A stretch of 63,680 nucleotides of DNA, the filler included, from Asterionella formosa (lineage: Eukaryota), in assembly GCA_002256025.1 (NCBI GenBank). It is 15 parts of 15 records of this genome, joined end to end, with 100 filler letters (N's around TTAATTAATTAA, not from the genome) between each part and the next. Parts side by side here need not be neighbours in the genome. Positions count along the whole stretch, not along the records: positions 1 to 22,318 come from NKIB01002802.1; 14 more parts are not named here. One strand, given 5' to 3'. The notes beneath the pieces are model-generated. The model was given only the letters and a program-made list of their open reading frames with translations. It was not told the origin of the DNA and made no database searches. The translations under genes were made by a program, and so were the position numbers. Position 1 is the first letter of the stretch. The number at the start of each line of letters is the position of its first letter. Positions 1 to 11,876 of the stretch are shown here, in pieces.

Positions 1-1180
1 AAGAAATTTACTTAGGTCCATTATAAGGGAAATCTCTTCATTGTCCTGGGCCCCCCTTAAGTAAAATCAGTCAAATTCAGTCACGGCAGTGTACATTGGG
101 GGGTCCAGGACAATGAAGTATACGGTATACATAAGAAGAAGGATTTAACACCAGAGCAGTGATAATACATTGTCAATTGCTCACTTTGCAACCTTGATAA
201 AACCGTTAACATGGATGACCAGCTCATCATAAATCTGGGTGTGCACAAAACTTTAGCTAATTTATTCGACATCTGTAGAATGAATTATTTGGTTGTTGTC
301 CAGAAATATGTGCTCATTAGTTTGTTTAGCTATATTTCTTTGGTACTAATAGCTGATATTACTCACATCTTGCTGGCCAACAAAAATCAATAGCCCTATA
401 AGGACTACCTAGTATGTTTGTCCAAGTTTAAGCAAAATATTGTTTAAAGTGGATTTGCTTAAGATGGTTTTACTTGAAGTTTAGCCATCTGCTTAAATTT
501 AAATAGTTCTTTTTGATTTTAACCCGAAATGACGATTTGTCGAAATCTGTTTTTTCTGAATTATCTGAAAATATCGAATTTTGTCCAGTTGTGTTTATTA
601 TATTGGCTGGATGGTACCAACTACTAGAAGTTTCAAGCTTTGATTTCTCAACCACTGCCAAGTTGGGAAGAATATCTGTCAGTTCTAGAATGAAGAAACC
701 AAACTACTGCAACTTGCAGGAAGCAAGGTCCAATGATAATGATTGGGAAATTCTTGGGGTTGTTTTCTTCATTGTGTAAAACCATGCCCATTCCTGACAA
801 CGAAATATCGTTACTGGAGTACCGGGTAACAGATACCAGTAGACACTAGCGATGGTGTACCGGTAGTAAGCTACCGGTGTACATACCCGGTACGAATGTT
901 CGGAGTAATTGATACATTTACGCACACACTACATCGCGCACACTACCGGTAGCTCCCTTACCGTACGGTAACGGACGATGAAAACTTTTCCTTTATTACA
1001 AAAAAGCAAGCAAGGAAAAAATGGCCGAGCCCCAGCCTGTCCGCTGGTCAATGATGGCCACTGACAACGGTCCCTCACATTTACGCTCACTTTTCAATGT
1101 TGCGACTCCCCTTGTTGGCAAGAACCTCCAGCTCTTTCTTAAGAAGTACACTCTGCGTTCATACACCTGCAAACCTAACA

Positions 1181-1636
1181 ATGCCGCGCTTTCCTATGTT
1201 GCTTTCAAGTCTTGTGATCCTGACTCGTGCGTCGTCAGCCTTCACCGTGGCTCCGCTGCAAACAACGAGAGTGTCAACTGCGCGGTTTTCGTCAATTCCT
1301 GAGCCAGGACCCTGTCCTTCCTGCGACGACAAGAACGCCTATTGGGATGGGTCAACTATGTTTGCATGTACGGCGTGTGGGCACGAATGGCCTGTCGAAG
1401 GCGAAGCGAAAGTTCTCGACCCGGACCTCATGGCGACCAGAGACAGCAACGGGTTTGTTCTCCTGTCGGGCGATACATGTGTGCTCATACAGGATCTTGC
1501 CAAAGGCAAGCTTAAGAAGGGGCAGAAGGTCAAGATTCGTTTAGGAGACTACGGTGCGGGCCACGACTGTGAAGCGAACATCCCGGGGGTGGGAACTTAT
1601 GCACTCAAGTCTAAATTTCTTAAAAAGGTTGGATGA
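1181..1636 (+). CDS. phnA: PhnA/YjdM-like zinc-ribbon protein with a bipartite plastid-targeting presequence
   Basis: Contains CPSC..AYWDGSTMFACTACGHEW followed by RDSNGFVLLSGDTCVLIQDL..LKKGQKVKIRL..LKSKFLKK, the layout of bacterial PhnA/YjdM. The ATG at 1181 gives a hydrophobic signal peptide followed by ASSAFTVAP. Confidence 0.85.
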   Translation: MPRFPMLLSSLVILTRASSAFTVAPLQTTRVSTARFSSIPEPGPCPSCDDKNAYWDGSTMFACTACGHEWPVEGEAKVLDPDLMATRDSNGFVLLSGDTCVLIQDLAKGKLKKGQKVKIRLGDYGAGHDCEANIPGVGTYALKSKFLKKVG

Positions 1637-1998
1637 GAGAACCGGAATGTTGGAATTCAGTCAGCCTTATAAATTCATGCGCCTGTGGAGAAATACAAGT
1701 CCAGACAGTATGCTTCTTCAAGATGAAGATTTGGCGAGCAACATAGTACAGCGAACGAAGGCAAGTGATAGAAGTATAACTCATCCAGCGCCAAGTTTTA
1801 ATTGAGGTATGAAAAATATCTAGTTCTTAACTCTATTCAGCACGAACAGTTGTTTAGATCCCAGTTACACAGTATTCTCGTGCTTATTCGCACGAAAATG
1901 CTGTCTTATCCATTTAGAAACTTCTGTCTTGAATGCTTTACAATATCAGGTTTGCATCAAAGGCATTTGAGCAAAATTAGAAGTACTTAGCAGTTCGT

Positions 1999-3420
1999 TC
2001 AACGAGCTCGGTCTACAACCTTGTAGGCCAAATGTACCAGTGAATCTCTATACACGCCCGGAGAAAAGTCTGCAATTAAAGCCTCCATGGCAAGTTCTGC
2101 ATGAACTTGGGCCAGCTCCTTGGTGCGCTCGATCCCTTGACTGTTCAAGACCATTTCCACTGCAGCGTCCACATCTCCTTCTTCTTTGAATTTACGTTCC
2201 ACCAAGGGAAGCAAGGAATCTCCATATTCCTCCAACGCAAACAGCACTGGAGCCGTCGCCAGGCCCGCCTTCAAGTCTCCAAAAGCTGGCTTACCCATAA
2301 AGTCACTAGACCCTTCCAAGTCCAAAACATCATCAACCAATTGAAATGCCATACCAATGTGCTTTCCAAATCGATAGGAGGCTTCCACCAACTCTGCTGA
2401 GTACTCTCCCAACAAGGCAGTTGATCGACACGAATTGGCCATAAGTGACCCTGTTTTGTAGTAATTTTTGCGCAAATAGTATGACAACCGATCCACATTG
2501 CCACCATGCATTTGCATGACTTCACCCCTTACCAGGTGCTCAATAATCGTCGACATGCACTCTACAACTTGCGTATTTCTCAATCGCGCCAAGCTTATGC
2601 TCGCTCTGGCGAGCAAGTAGTCTCCAGCGAGTATCGCCATTTTGTTCCCAAATGCCTTGTGAACGGCAGGAACACCTCGACGAGTGTCGGATCCATCAAT
2701 AACGTCATCATGAAAGAGTGAGGCCGTGTGAATCATTTCTGATATTTCCGCCAATCGTCGCTGTGCTTGCGGCAGATCAGGTCGTTGGAAAGAAAGGGGA
2801 GGAGACCACAGGTGTTGGTATGCAGTCGTGGGTGTGCTTGTTGGCGAGGTTGAGTCCGACAAGGCCCTGCTCAATAACAAGACCATCATCGGGCGCACCT
2901 TCTTCCCGCCGTCTGCGGTGGACTCGAAGAAGTATGACGCAGCCTGGTTGAGCACAGGGTGGTCAGTCCCTAATAAGTCCTTACGAATCGATGTGGACAG
3001 GGAGTCCAGCTCTGATTTGCTCAGACCGAAGGGATCCGCTTGTGCCAACGGTAAAATTCCCTCAGGCAAAGCAGGCCAATACTTGGTCCTTTCATCGAGA
3101 TGCCAGTCCAGCAAATCATCATCAAAATCTGAGATACAGTGATTTATGGAAGTCAGCAGAACGGGATTTGATCCATTTGAGTAATGGTCTGAGCCGTTCG
3201 CCTTCTTGCCGCCCCACATGCTCGAGTCCGCCTTGGTTGCTTCATGGATCAAGGACGATTTGACGGCAGCTCTGACCGAATCAGGTACAAACTCTGCTAG
3301 AACCGAGCTAGAGGACTTACACCGTCTCGAAGCTGCGCTTGCGCCTATCAAGTTCGATGTTTGCAACCACCGTCTAGTGATGGCCAGTATAGGTGAGTGT
3401 AGCCTGCTCCCAGCTTTCAT
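1999..3420 (-). CDS. Long-chain trans-polyprenyl (solanesyl/decaprenyl) diphosphate synthase, COQ1/SPS family, with an N-terminal transit-peptide-like extension
   Basis: Has GGKKVRP, EMIHTASLFHDDVIDGSDTRRG (first DDxxD), AILAGDYLLA, KTGSL and AFQLVDDVLD (second DDxxD). The likely start is the ATG at 3420 (MKAGSRL, Arg/Ser-rich). Confidence 0.92.
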   Translation of the reverse strand: MKAGSRLHSPILAITRRWLQTSNLIGASAASRRCKSSSSVLAEFVPDSVRAAVKSSLIHEATKADSSMWGGKKANGSDHYSNGSNPVLLTSINHCISDFDDDLLDWHLDERTKYWPALPEGILPLAQADPFGLSKSELDSLSTSIRKDLLGTDHPVLNQAASYFFESTADGGKKVRPMMVLLLSRALSDSTSPTSTPTTAYQHLWSPPLSFQRPDLPQAQRRLAEISEMIHTASLFHDDVIDGSDTRRGVPAVHKAFGNKMAILAGDYLLARASISLARLRNTQVVECMSTIIEHLVRGEVMQMHGGNVDRLSYYLRKNYYKTGSLMANSCRSTALLGEYSAELVEASYRFGKHIGMAFQLVDDVLDLEGSSDFMGKPAFGDLKAGLATAPVLFALEEYGDSLLPLVERKFKEEGDVDAAVEMVLNSQGIERTKELAQVHAELAMEALIADFSPGVYRDSLVHLAYKVVDRAR

Positions 3421-3773
3421 GATTGAGACGTCGAGCAGGAAATTAGTTCGAATCAGCAAAATGCGCTGCAAGAAACGAAGGTTGTGCGGTGATGTGAATA
3501 CTAAAGGCAATAAAGCAACACCGAGAAGGACTCCTGACAATGCTTGTTGCCTTTGTATATAATACGGTAGTTGTAGTGATTGGAAGATCGTGACGAAACA
3601 TGCTATACATGCTACCGGTACTCTGGTACCCCTGGTATTACCCCGAGTACGAGGGTGAGCACAACCCAGTCGTAATATTTTGTGTATCGGTATGGGCGGT
3701 TCAATGAGGTGGCTTGCACTTGGGTTGCTACCAGGGGATGGTACCAGTACCAGATACCACCTTCCTGAATGAA

Positions 3774-4150
3774 GCGCACGTTTAATGCGCATTTTTTCAG
3801 TTTCGACTCAGCACTCCCAATGATTCGTCTCATGCCTGCCGAACGAGATAGGTCAGCTTTCGATGGAATTAATATTCCTTAAGTAATTTTATAAAACGTA
3901 AGTGCTCTTATTGACCGATGACGATTTACAGAATCCGTCTCTGAACACGACTCGGATTTGCTGACTGATGAACAATTCAGCAAACCGTCTTCTAGGTTCG
4001 GAATCCAAATAGGAATCCTATCTTCTATGTTTAGAACTTGCTGACAACGACTAGAATTTGCTGACCACGACTAGAACTTGCTGACAGCGACTATAATATG
4101 CTGATGACAATTATTAGAAGCAATTTGCTGACAACGACTAGAACTTTATG
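3774..4150 (+). mobile_element. Left end of a non-autonomous TIR element (same family as 42142-42592) with internal 20-bp tandem repeats
   Basis: 3774-3850 aligns with the TIR at 42142-42270 and with the reverse complement of 42530-42592. The 20-bp unit TAGAACTTGCTGACAACGAC is repeated at 4032-4146. Confidence 0.7.
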
Positions 4151-4404
4151 TGAATAAGAAAATCTCAATGACCCTTTTGCCTATGAAGAAAATACATGAA
4201 CAGACACAACCACTGCCCCGTGATAGCCTTGCAAATGCTATAAGTACACGTGACGTAATATCTATATACATGGTCACAGTCATTGTCACGCCTGATGCAA
4301 CAGCCTACCTGTACCAGGTTACCACTATATTTGCAATGATATCATACATATCACATGCATATGCCATATACTAAGTGCTATGGCTACGCACATAGGGTAT
4401 AAAG

Positions 4405-4645
4405 TATGGTCAGGGAACCCGAGGTAGCCCTTGTAAACGCTAGTATAAAATCATTTGGCTTAGATGTTGCGATTTGTTTCCATATATAAACACTACAGTT
4501 TAGATCACACAACATGCAACACGCCACACACCACACTCAACACGCTATACTATGGTAATCTGTAGATCAAGCCAAATTTTTTGATTCTCTATTTAAGTTA
4601 TGTCAATTAATAGTCTCTTGACATTTTCAAAATTACTCTTTTGTT
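4405..4645 (+). repeat. Dispersed repeat, homologous to 62972-63080 and 63409-63510
   Basis: Shared blocks are TATGGTCAGGG..CGAGGTAGCCCTTGTA..GCTTAGATGTTG and GGTAATCTGTAG..GATTCTCTATTTAA..AATTACTCTTTTG. Confidence 0.75.
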
Positions 4646-6732
4646 TATATGTGGTATGGATTGAATGTTCAAGCTGTTTGCAACAACAGTAATTGTTGTG
4701 GCACCAGGAAAATATCCAGATCAGAAGGCATTTGAAAGAACACAGCTTTTTCAGATTGTATCCAACCTTTGTACTGGACAATACATAGTAGGTGATGCTT
4801 CTTGTTACACATTGACTGATCAAGTCCTCTGTCCCTTTGTTGGAAATCAAAGGGAATCAACAAATAAAGATCATACAACTATTTACTTTCACAGCTAAGC
4901 ATTACAATTGAGATGGCTGACGTTTGGGTTGCGCAACAATAAACGGAGGATCCTGAGGACATCCTTGTCCTCCAGCCTGAAGAAATCAGTTTCTATTCTT
5001 TCTGCTTGTGCTTGCTCACACAATTTTTTGCTTTCTCATGGATGATGATAAAAAGGAACTTGCCAATGGTTTTGAATTTCTGACTAGCTTGGAGCTTGTT
5101 GATTCAATGCCCAATGCTTCTCTTTGGTAGGCTTATCTTCCAACTGCCAGGAAATTGGATGTAGTACAAGGTACTTCACATATTCAGATTTTTCTTGATG
5201 TTATCACCAACAATGGGTTTAGGCGGTCTCCAGCTAATGTGTTGCACCGACAACGTGAACTGACTGAAATAGTATTAATGTAGTATAAAAGAACAATGCC
5301 TGAAAGAAATTTGATTTAAAGGTAATAACAACTAAAAGTAGAATTATGATTAGGTGTAGTATCCTCAGCTGTTTCTATGATAGCTACAGAATTTTTTCAG
5401 TGCATCCATGGCTTCAAAAAATGCAACAAAACTGAAATTCTCTTGATACTCTTTACCATCATATTTTTGTGAGACTTCATTGCTTGCTACTTAAGGCTGC
5501 TGAGCTTCGTTCAACTTTTTGCGGTACATACTTGCAACCTCCATTATTTTCTTCTCTCGTTTTGCAGTAAGAGTTTCTCGTGCTAATTATGCATTGAACT
5601 TTGAGAGGTAAGTGCCATTTGTGTACAGCATCCATTTACTTTTCGACCACTTGTTTGGACGTGTTTTCAAACTCATTGCTGCCATATTTTCGTTGAACAG
5701 GGAGCTTGGCAACTTCATCCTTTACAGGAACATGAATTAGCCTGTCCGCAGAAAAACTATCGCTTAGACTTGGTACTGCTTACAAATACCTAGTTGGTGT
5801 ATTCCCAAGATCCAAAACATGTTTCTCACCGAAGAAGACGCCATGCTTCTAACCATATTAGGGAGCAGTTGCAGAATTTATTTTATTCTTATCTTTGGGA
5901 GCTTGTCCACATTTCTTAATGATAATCTGGGACTTTTCATAATCATCATCCATTCAAATATCGGCAAGGACTGGAGATGAAAAAGCAGACAATTGGGAAG
6001 GCGATAATTCGGAATCTTTACTAGAAGGATCATTGGCAATATCTTCTCTGGTGGCAGAAAGTTGCTTTGATAGTAGGCAAGGTGACTTCCTTGTTGACGA
6101 TTCAGGAGTAACTTGGGCTCCGTTTCTTCTTTTCAGATACTGCTTTGTTTTTTGGATGACTTTTTGTTTTACCCCATCATATCTCAAAGGTCAATACTAC
6201 TAGTCTTTAGCCAATTCTTAATGAGTGAGTGTAAAAGTATTTGCCTTGGTTTTGTTTCTGTATCCAGCAACTTTAAAGTAAACACAAATATACCGACGTC
6301 ATCGCTTTCATCTTAGATCTCAGTTCAAAGTGTTATCAATGTTGGCTCTCAGCTTTTCTCATACAGAGGTGGTACCAGGTAACCCTGGTACCTGATACCG
6401 GTGACCACATGCATCAACCCGGTATCATTAATTTAACTGGTAAAAATGTACCGGTAGTTCGGTGTGTTGCGACGAAGAGGCAGAAGTCATTTAGCTAATA
6501 GAAGGAGAGAAGAGATGACAGAATACATGCATATTTTATATACGAAAAGAAATACATCAATATATTCAATAACGTATGTACAAGACAAACAAAATCAACT
6601 TCTATTGATCGTTACACAGCGGCCATTCTATCCCCCTTCTTACAAGCATCTATTTCATCCAAATTTATACAACCATTGATTCCTCTGCTCTCTGTGTCTC
6701 TCCAGCTTCCTCTCATCACATACTCCGAAAAC

Positions 6733-8268
6733 ATGAGCGAAGACTTCGTTGCTGATCCTCCTTCAACAGAAGAACTTCAAAAGGAAGGGATTGAGTATGA
6801 CCGCCGTCAGATCCGCCGGAAACTGCGGGAACGGTTGCAGGAACGTGGGGAAGACCTGGAAGACGAACAAGACATTGGCGCGAGGGAGGATGAAGTATCG
6901 GTATATGAAGATACCGAATTTTTCCCTTGGAAACAACGCGAAGCTGCGGTTGAGGCAGCGGCTCTCGGAGGGAAAACTGAAGGACGAATGGAAGGCTTTG
7001 ATTCGCTCGAACGAGCCTTGCAAGCTCACACACACAAGCTTCATTATGGTCGTGGTCGTGCTTTTGGATGGAGCAACCAGAAACAACACTCCGGATCCAT
7101 GGGAGAACGAGGAAAGTCACTTTTCGGGAGCAAAACTCAGTTGACTGACTGGACCAGCTTCCGGGATCTCAGCACTGCTCATGAAAATTCGGGAGAAACG
7201 AAGGTAGCGACTGTCGAAACCAAACAAGCACAACTGGATGAAGCGCAGAGAAACCGTATGAAAGACATCAAGGCGATGAAGACGCAAAAACGTAATTCCA
7301 ATATTCGCAAAACCATCTACATCGTATCTGCCATTGGTGTTTGTCTAGGCTTTGCTTACTACATTGAAAAGCTTAAGATTGATAACTACCAGAACTATTT
7401 GCCAGAAGGATACATAGAACAAGCCACGGTCGCCACCGACACTGGAAGCGGGAACGATCCTTCAAGACACCTCGAACCGGGCCAAGCACGCCAGATAAAG
7501 AGCTTCGAGATGGCGACTGCAGGAAGAGACGCTAAATTCATCGCCGTACGAGATGTCTTAGCATTTAAGTGGAGTAATCGAAATGATCTTGAGCGCGAAG
7601 GTACACCTCAATACAATGCTGCTTACTGGCTCTGCTACCATGACACGATGAACTTGGGAATTCCAAACAGCAAAGCCGAATCTGATCATTTGGTGCAACG
7701 TTTTGCATTGGCAACGTTGTACTTTGCGACAGGCGGAAATGAATGGAGTTTCGCAGATCATTTTATGACAGGTCTGCATGAATGCGATTGGAATGTGCTC
7801 GACGATAAGGACAAAACACAGTTTGGAGCGAGTCACTGTGAAAGCGGAAAGGTTACGCGGCTGGTTCTGAGTAAGTGGAGACTGCGACTCCATTTCAATG
7901 ATGTGAATTGATTCACTGCTAATATCATTTCATTTTTCCTTTCAACAGACAGCAATAACCTTCAGGGTTTTCTTCCCAAAGAGATCGGACTCTTAACTAG
8001 CCTAAAAACTCTAGATTTGCGTGGAAACCTGCTGCATGGTGAATTGCCTGAATCCTTTGCAGCATTAAAGGCCCTACAACTTGTCAGCCTGCAAGGCAAT
8101 AGTTTGATTGGCAATGTCGATCCTATTATCTGTGGCCTAGAATTGCAGCATGTGGCGATGAATTGCAGAACACCAATTCTACTTTGTAATTGTTGCCACG
8201 TTTGCTGTGATGGCACCGACAAATGTGTTCGCAGCGTTGTGGCATTGAGAAATTCAGAGATTCATTAA
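6733..8268 (+). CDS. Diatom-type single-pass membrane LRR protein; exons 6733-7870 and 7949-8268
   Basis: Acidic N-terminus, a TM segment (IYIVSAIGVCLGFAYY) and an LRR N-cap (PQYNAAYWL..LVQRFALATLYFATGG..W..HECDW). A GTAAGT..TTCAACAG phase-1 intron restores NSNNLQGFLPKEIGLLTSLKTLDL LRRs and a Cys-rich C-cap. Confidence 0.85.
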
Positions 8269-8944
8269 AATAGTCAAAAATGTACTTTCAAGTTAGATTT
8301 CTAATATTGGCTGAATTACAAAGAATCTATTGGTACTAGTTTAGGTTTTTTGTCAGGTTGTGTACCACATCACCACTTACCCACAGCGGCTCAGGTTCAT
8401 TCTACGTACTTATGGATCGATCAACAAAAAAAGCCTGTGTAAATCAGTCAGCGTTTTCTTCCTCTTTAAAGTAGTCAGAAATCTAAAAGGATGTAAACAA
8501 GTAGCTAGCTAGTGCAATCAGAAAAATACTCGTTTTTGTTTACTTTAGGCCAATGGGACCAATTTGTATTGCTTTCTTCTCATCCTAACAAGCACCTGTA
8601 CAGAAGTAGTCACACCCAGTCCAATACAAAGCCATTCTCATTTTACTCTGCTTGGATGAGATGTTTCAGCTTGCATCTAAATTTTTTCATTCCTTCATCA
8701 GTGTCCTCAAAGTATGTGGTATGCTGTGTATTAATCTGGTCATGCTGCTCTGCAAGGAGGCGGCTGATCACCTTATCATCAGCACTTTCACCAGAACTGA
8801 GGGTAACTTGGACCGCATGTAAGCAGATGTCATGTCTGATCTTGCTGTCGTTATAATCCATATTGTCAAACAAAGGGTCATCGGAGGGACGTAATGAAGC
8901 ACGACTTTCACAATTACGAAGCATGTCCAAACTTGTCTCAAACA

Positions 8945-9286
8945 CTCAGTCTTTGCCACCCCTTGTCCCCCTTCCTGAAGAACCACGCACCAAGAGTTCG
9001 AACTTTGTGACGGATGGCCTTGACAACAAATTCTACCAAGCTTTGATTATCACATCAGCATCCTGTCTTGAGCAATCTTTGATTATCACATCCATGATGC
9101 TTCTCCGCAAGCGTGGCAATGATTGATGGGAATCTCATGTTGCCCATACTTCGGCTTTGCTCACGTCCTTTACCACAAACAATGACAAAATCTGGTATAT
9201 TAGGGAAGCAAAAATCCTGCTACATTGGTGAATTCTTGCGCGACCTATGTGGCTTTATCAATCGAGGATCTTCTGGATTTCTCCAT
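8945..9286 (-). pseudogene. Disrupted paralog of the DUF6824-type gene at 11877-12875
   Basis: Shares nucleotide blocks with 12600-12900 (e.g. CGGCTTTGCTCACGTCCTTTACCACAAAC). It reads MEKSRRSSIDKAT* and then a frameshifted DFVIVCGKGREQSRSMGNMRF. Confidence 0.8.
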
Positions 9287-9478
9287 GCTTTCCTAGCTAC
9301 TGCAGTATTGCTTCTTCGGGGTAGTGGTGCTTCTTGGAGCAGCTTGCGAGAACCGACAAGGCAAAGGCCATATGATTAAATTAGTTAGTAGATTAGGCTG
9401 TGGAGAAGTGCAATCAGACTATAGTTGGTCTGCAAGAAATTTGCGAATTTACTATCGTTTTTGTTTTTAGTTCAGTCA

Positions 9479-10816
9479 GACCGTTGCTAACCGTTGACCC
9501 AAACCAAAACCCAAAAACTTATTTTTGGATTGGTTTTGGTCAACTGACGCAAAAACGATGCTATCGGTTTTTGGGAAATCCTGAATGTTGTCAACACTGT
9601 GACACAGGATGACAAAACCATATAAATAAAGTAAAATATTTCTATTTGACTACTTTTATAAATGAAATATTATCATTCTATTTGGGAATTAGTTAGTTTT
9701 CCCCGCAATTTACCGGTACTAGTGCTGTAAATATGTACACTCCGATCACACTTCTTCATGATGAAATACAACTTACAGCAGTTTCAGCAACCCAAACAGA
9801 ATTGAATGCCGCTATCTCGACCATCACACCAGCAGGACTGAATCTAAAGGAAGGTATCACTGGCACCCTTCTAGACAAAGTTATTGAATTCAGGAACAAA
9901 GAGGATTCAAGGAATGGCATCAATCTCGATCAGATGGGTCGCCAACGGAAGGAATTGGCGCTATGGGCAATTGCGCAAAATAAAAGGTATACAGCAGGAC
10001 TTCTTGTGGCGGCTGGACACTTTAAACTGGGAACGGAAGCACTGGACGATATGACTAGGATGAAAAGAAGAGCAGAGGAGAAGGAGAGTGAGAAAGCGAA
10101 TAAGAAAGTTATGAACTACACAGCAACATTGAACAAGGTGCAAGCGATCAGAGCGCTTAACAAACAGGAACACAAAGGCACCTTTTCGCAAACAAAAACA
10201 ATGGTGTCTTGGTACAAACGAATTGGCGATGCACCATTACCTGCAACAAATCATCTACTGCTTACTTACCAGATATATTGATACAATGGGATGTGGCGAT
10301 GCACCAGTCCCAGTTTCCGGAGCTATACCGCCACCAGCAGCCTCAGTTGAAGAGGATGAAGAGGATCATGACAAGGATGAAGTCGTGGTGACAGAAGGTT
10401 GATTTATGTGTTCTGCATAATAAATCGACGTCGATTTGTTGTTGTTCTCACCAGTGTGGTTTGGTACCCTGGTACCTGGTACCAGAGTACCGGTACTGTA
10501 AAGCTATTGTTGTATACAGATATGACATACCAGTACCAGCACATGATGCGTCCTATATGTAGTGATTCTGCGACTATGTTAATTGGGTTTCTAGTGACTA
10601 CATTCAAAGTAGTCAATATGGAATCCTACGTTTAGGTAACTTTGGGAAAAAACCTAAACATAATGATTTTGGGTAACTTATTGGGATATGGGCACGGAAT
10701 CCCCTAAATGTTATGCGTTTGCGTTGGGTTTTTCACTCCCGATAGCATCGTTTTTTAGGGTTACCAAAACCAAAACACTGTTTGGTTTGCGTTTTGGTCC
10801 ACCATTAGCAACGGCC
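9479..10816. mobile_element. Non-autonomous PIF/Harbinger-like TIR element with 3-bp TSD (TCA), carrying a transposase-like fragment
   Basis: Left end TCA|GACCGTTGCTAA and right end TTAGCAACGGCC|TCA. The left ~230 bp recur at 37317-37564 and the right end recurs inverted at 37242-37316. Confidence 0.8.
9733..10281 (+). pseudogene. Fragment of a repeated transposon-type protein C-terminus (family also at 47755-49050 and 51320-51900)
   Basis: Motifs LLHDEI..LNLKEGITGTL..RNGI..KRYTAGLLVAAGHFKLG..KVQAIRALNK..KTMVSWYKRIGDAPLP are shared with the other two decayed copies. The DDE-transposase assignment is inference. Confidence 0.6.
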
Positions 10817-11876
10817 TCAGTGATTCAAATTTATCTTTGAGCCACGTCGTTCAGCAAAACATTGAGTGACACATATTTGTTTTCTTTCTAGACGAATCCT
10901 TTTGTGGGTTGGCATGCTGTGCCTCACGCTGTTTTTTTACCGTCTCTCATCCAGTATATTCGTTTAGCGCGGTACAATAGAGGTGAAGTGCAAGACTGCA
11001 TCCTTAAATCTTTTTAGCCCTCGCCTATATTTTGATTGAGAGAAAGAAAAGAAAGTGGCAAATTGCGTAGGCCTGCTGTTGATACCTGACGATGCATGTA
11101 GCATACCGGTACCTGTGCAAATCGGGGTAATTGTGCTGAAACTAAAAGTTTAGCTATCTTTATCCAATGTTAAATTGTTTATTTAAGCCAAATGATCGCA
11201 ACTTGCTGATGGTATTGCTGGTACCAGGTACGAAATAGAGGAATCCAGCTCCCGTGAGCACCAGGTACCTACCGGTAGTACTCCTACCAGGTTTGGTGTA
11301 GAACGTACCAGTTGAACCAACAAGAATACAGAGTCACTTCTGCATATGATGTGCATTTGTGCACGATTCGAAATATATATATTGTAATTCTTCATACCCC
11401 AATGATTCATTTTTCTTGCAGCCATCAAAAGAATTTAACTGCAACCTGAACGCCCAATTACCAATAGAGTACATACATAGCAACCATCAGGGAAGAGCTC
11501 CGAATGCCAGGGTACCAGTACTAACGTAAATATTTGTCACATCCCGGATACCACAATAATTCTTTTGTTGTGATGGAGGATTCCAGGATTGCTTTTCTGT
11601 CCAATCAAACATCGAGGTAGCAGTGGTGAAGTGAAAAGACGATTACAGTACATTCACTCGCATTTGCTGTCGTCGTTCGAAAATATTAGATTACGTTGAC
11701 AATTTTGGTTGAAAAAACTAATATGCTGACAACAAGGCAACAAAGTAGACTCAACAGATTGATATGTATGCAACAATAAATCTTCTAAAACACCACAGAG
11801 GAATCACGGTGTGTTCCCCATGCTTACTAGCTGTTGCATGCTAATGAGACTGTTCCCATGAATCAGACCCTAGGAA

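Noticed and set aside
3421..3792. N-terminal extension of the 597-aa ORF
   Set aside because: Runs through a GGTACC cluster and a TIR end, so it is likely non-coding. The ATG at 3420 is more plausible.
4032..4146. CRISPR-like short repeats
   Set aside because: The 20-bp units are head-to-tail with no unique spacers, there are no cas genes, and the context is eukaryotic.
11129..11196. About 65-bp match to 52406-52470
   Set aside because: A real dispersed-repeat fragment, but too short to classify or interpret.
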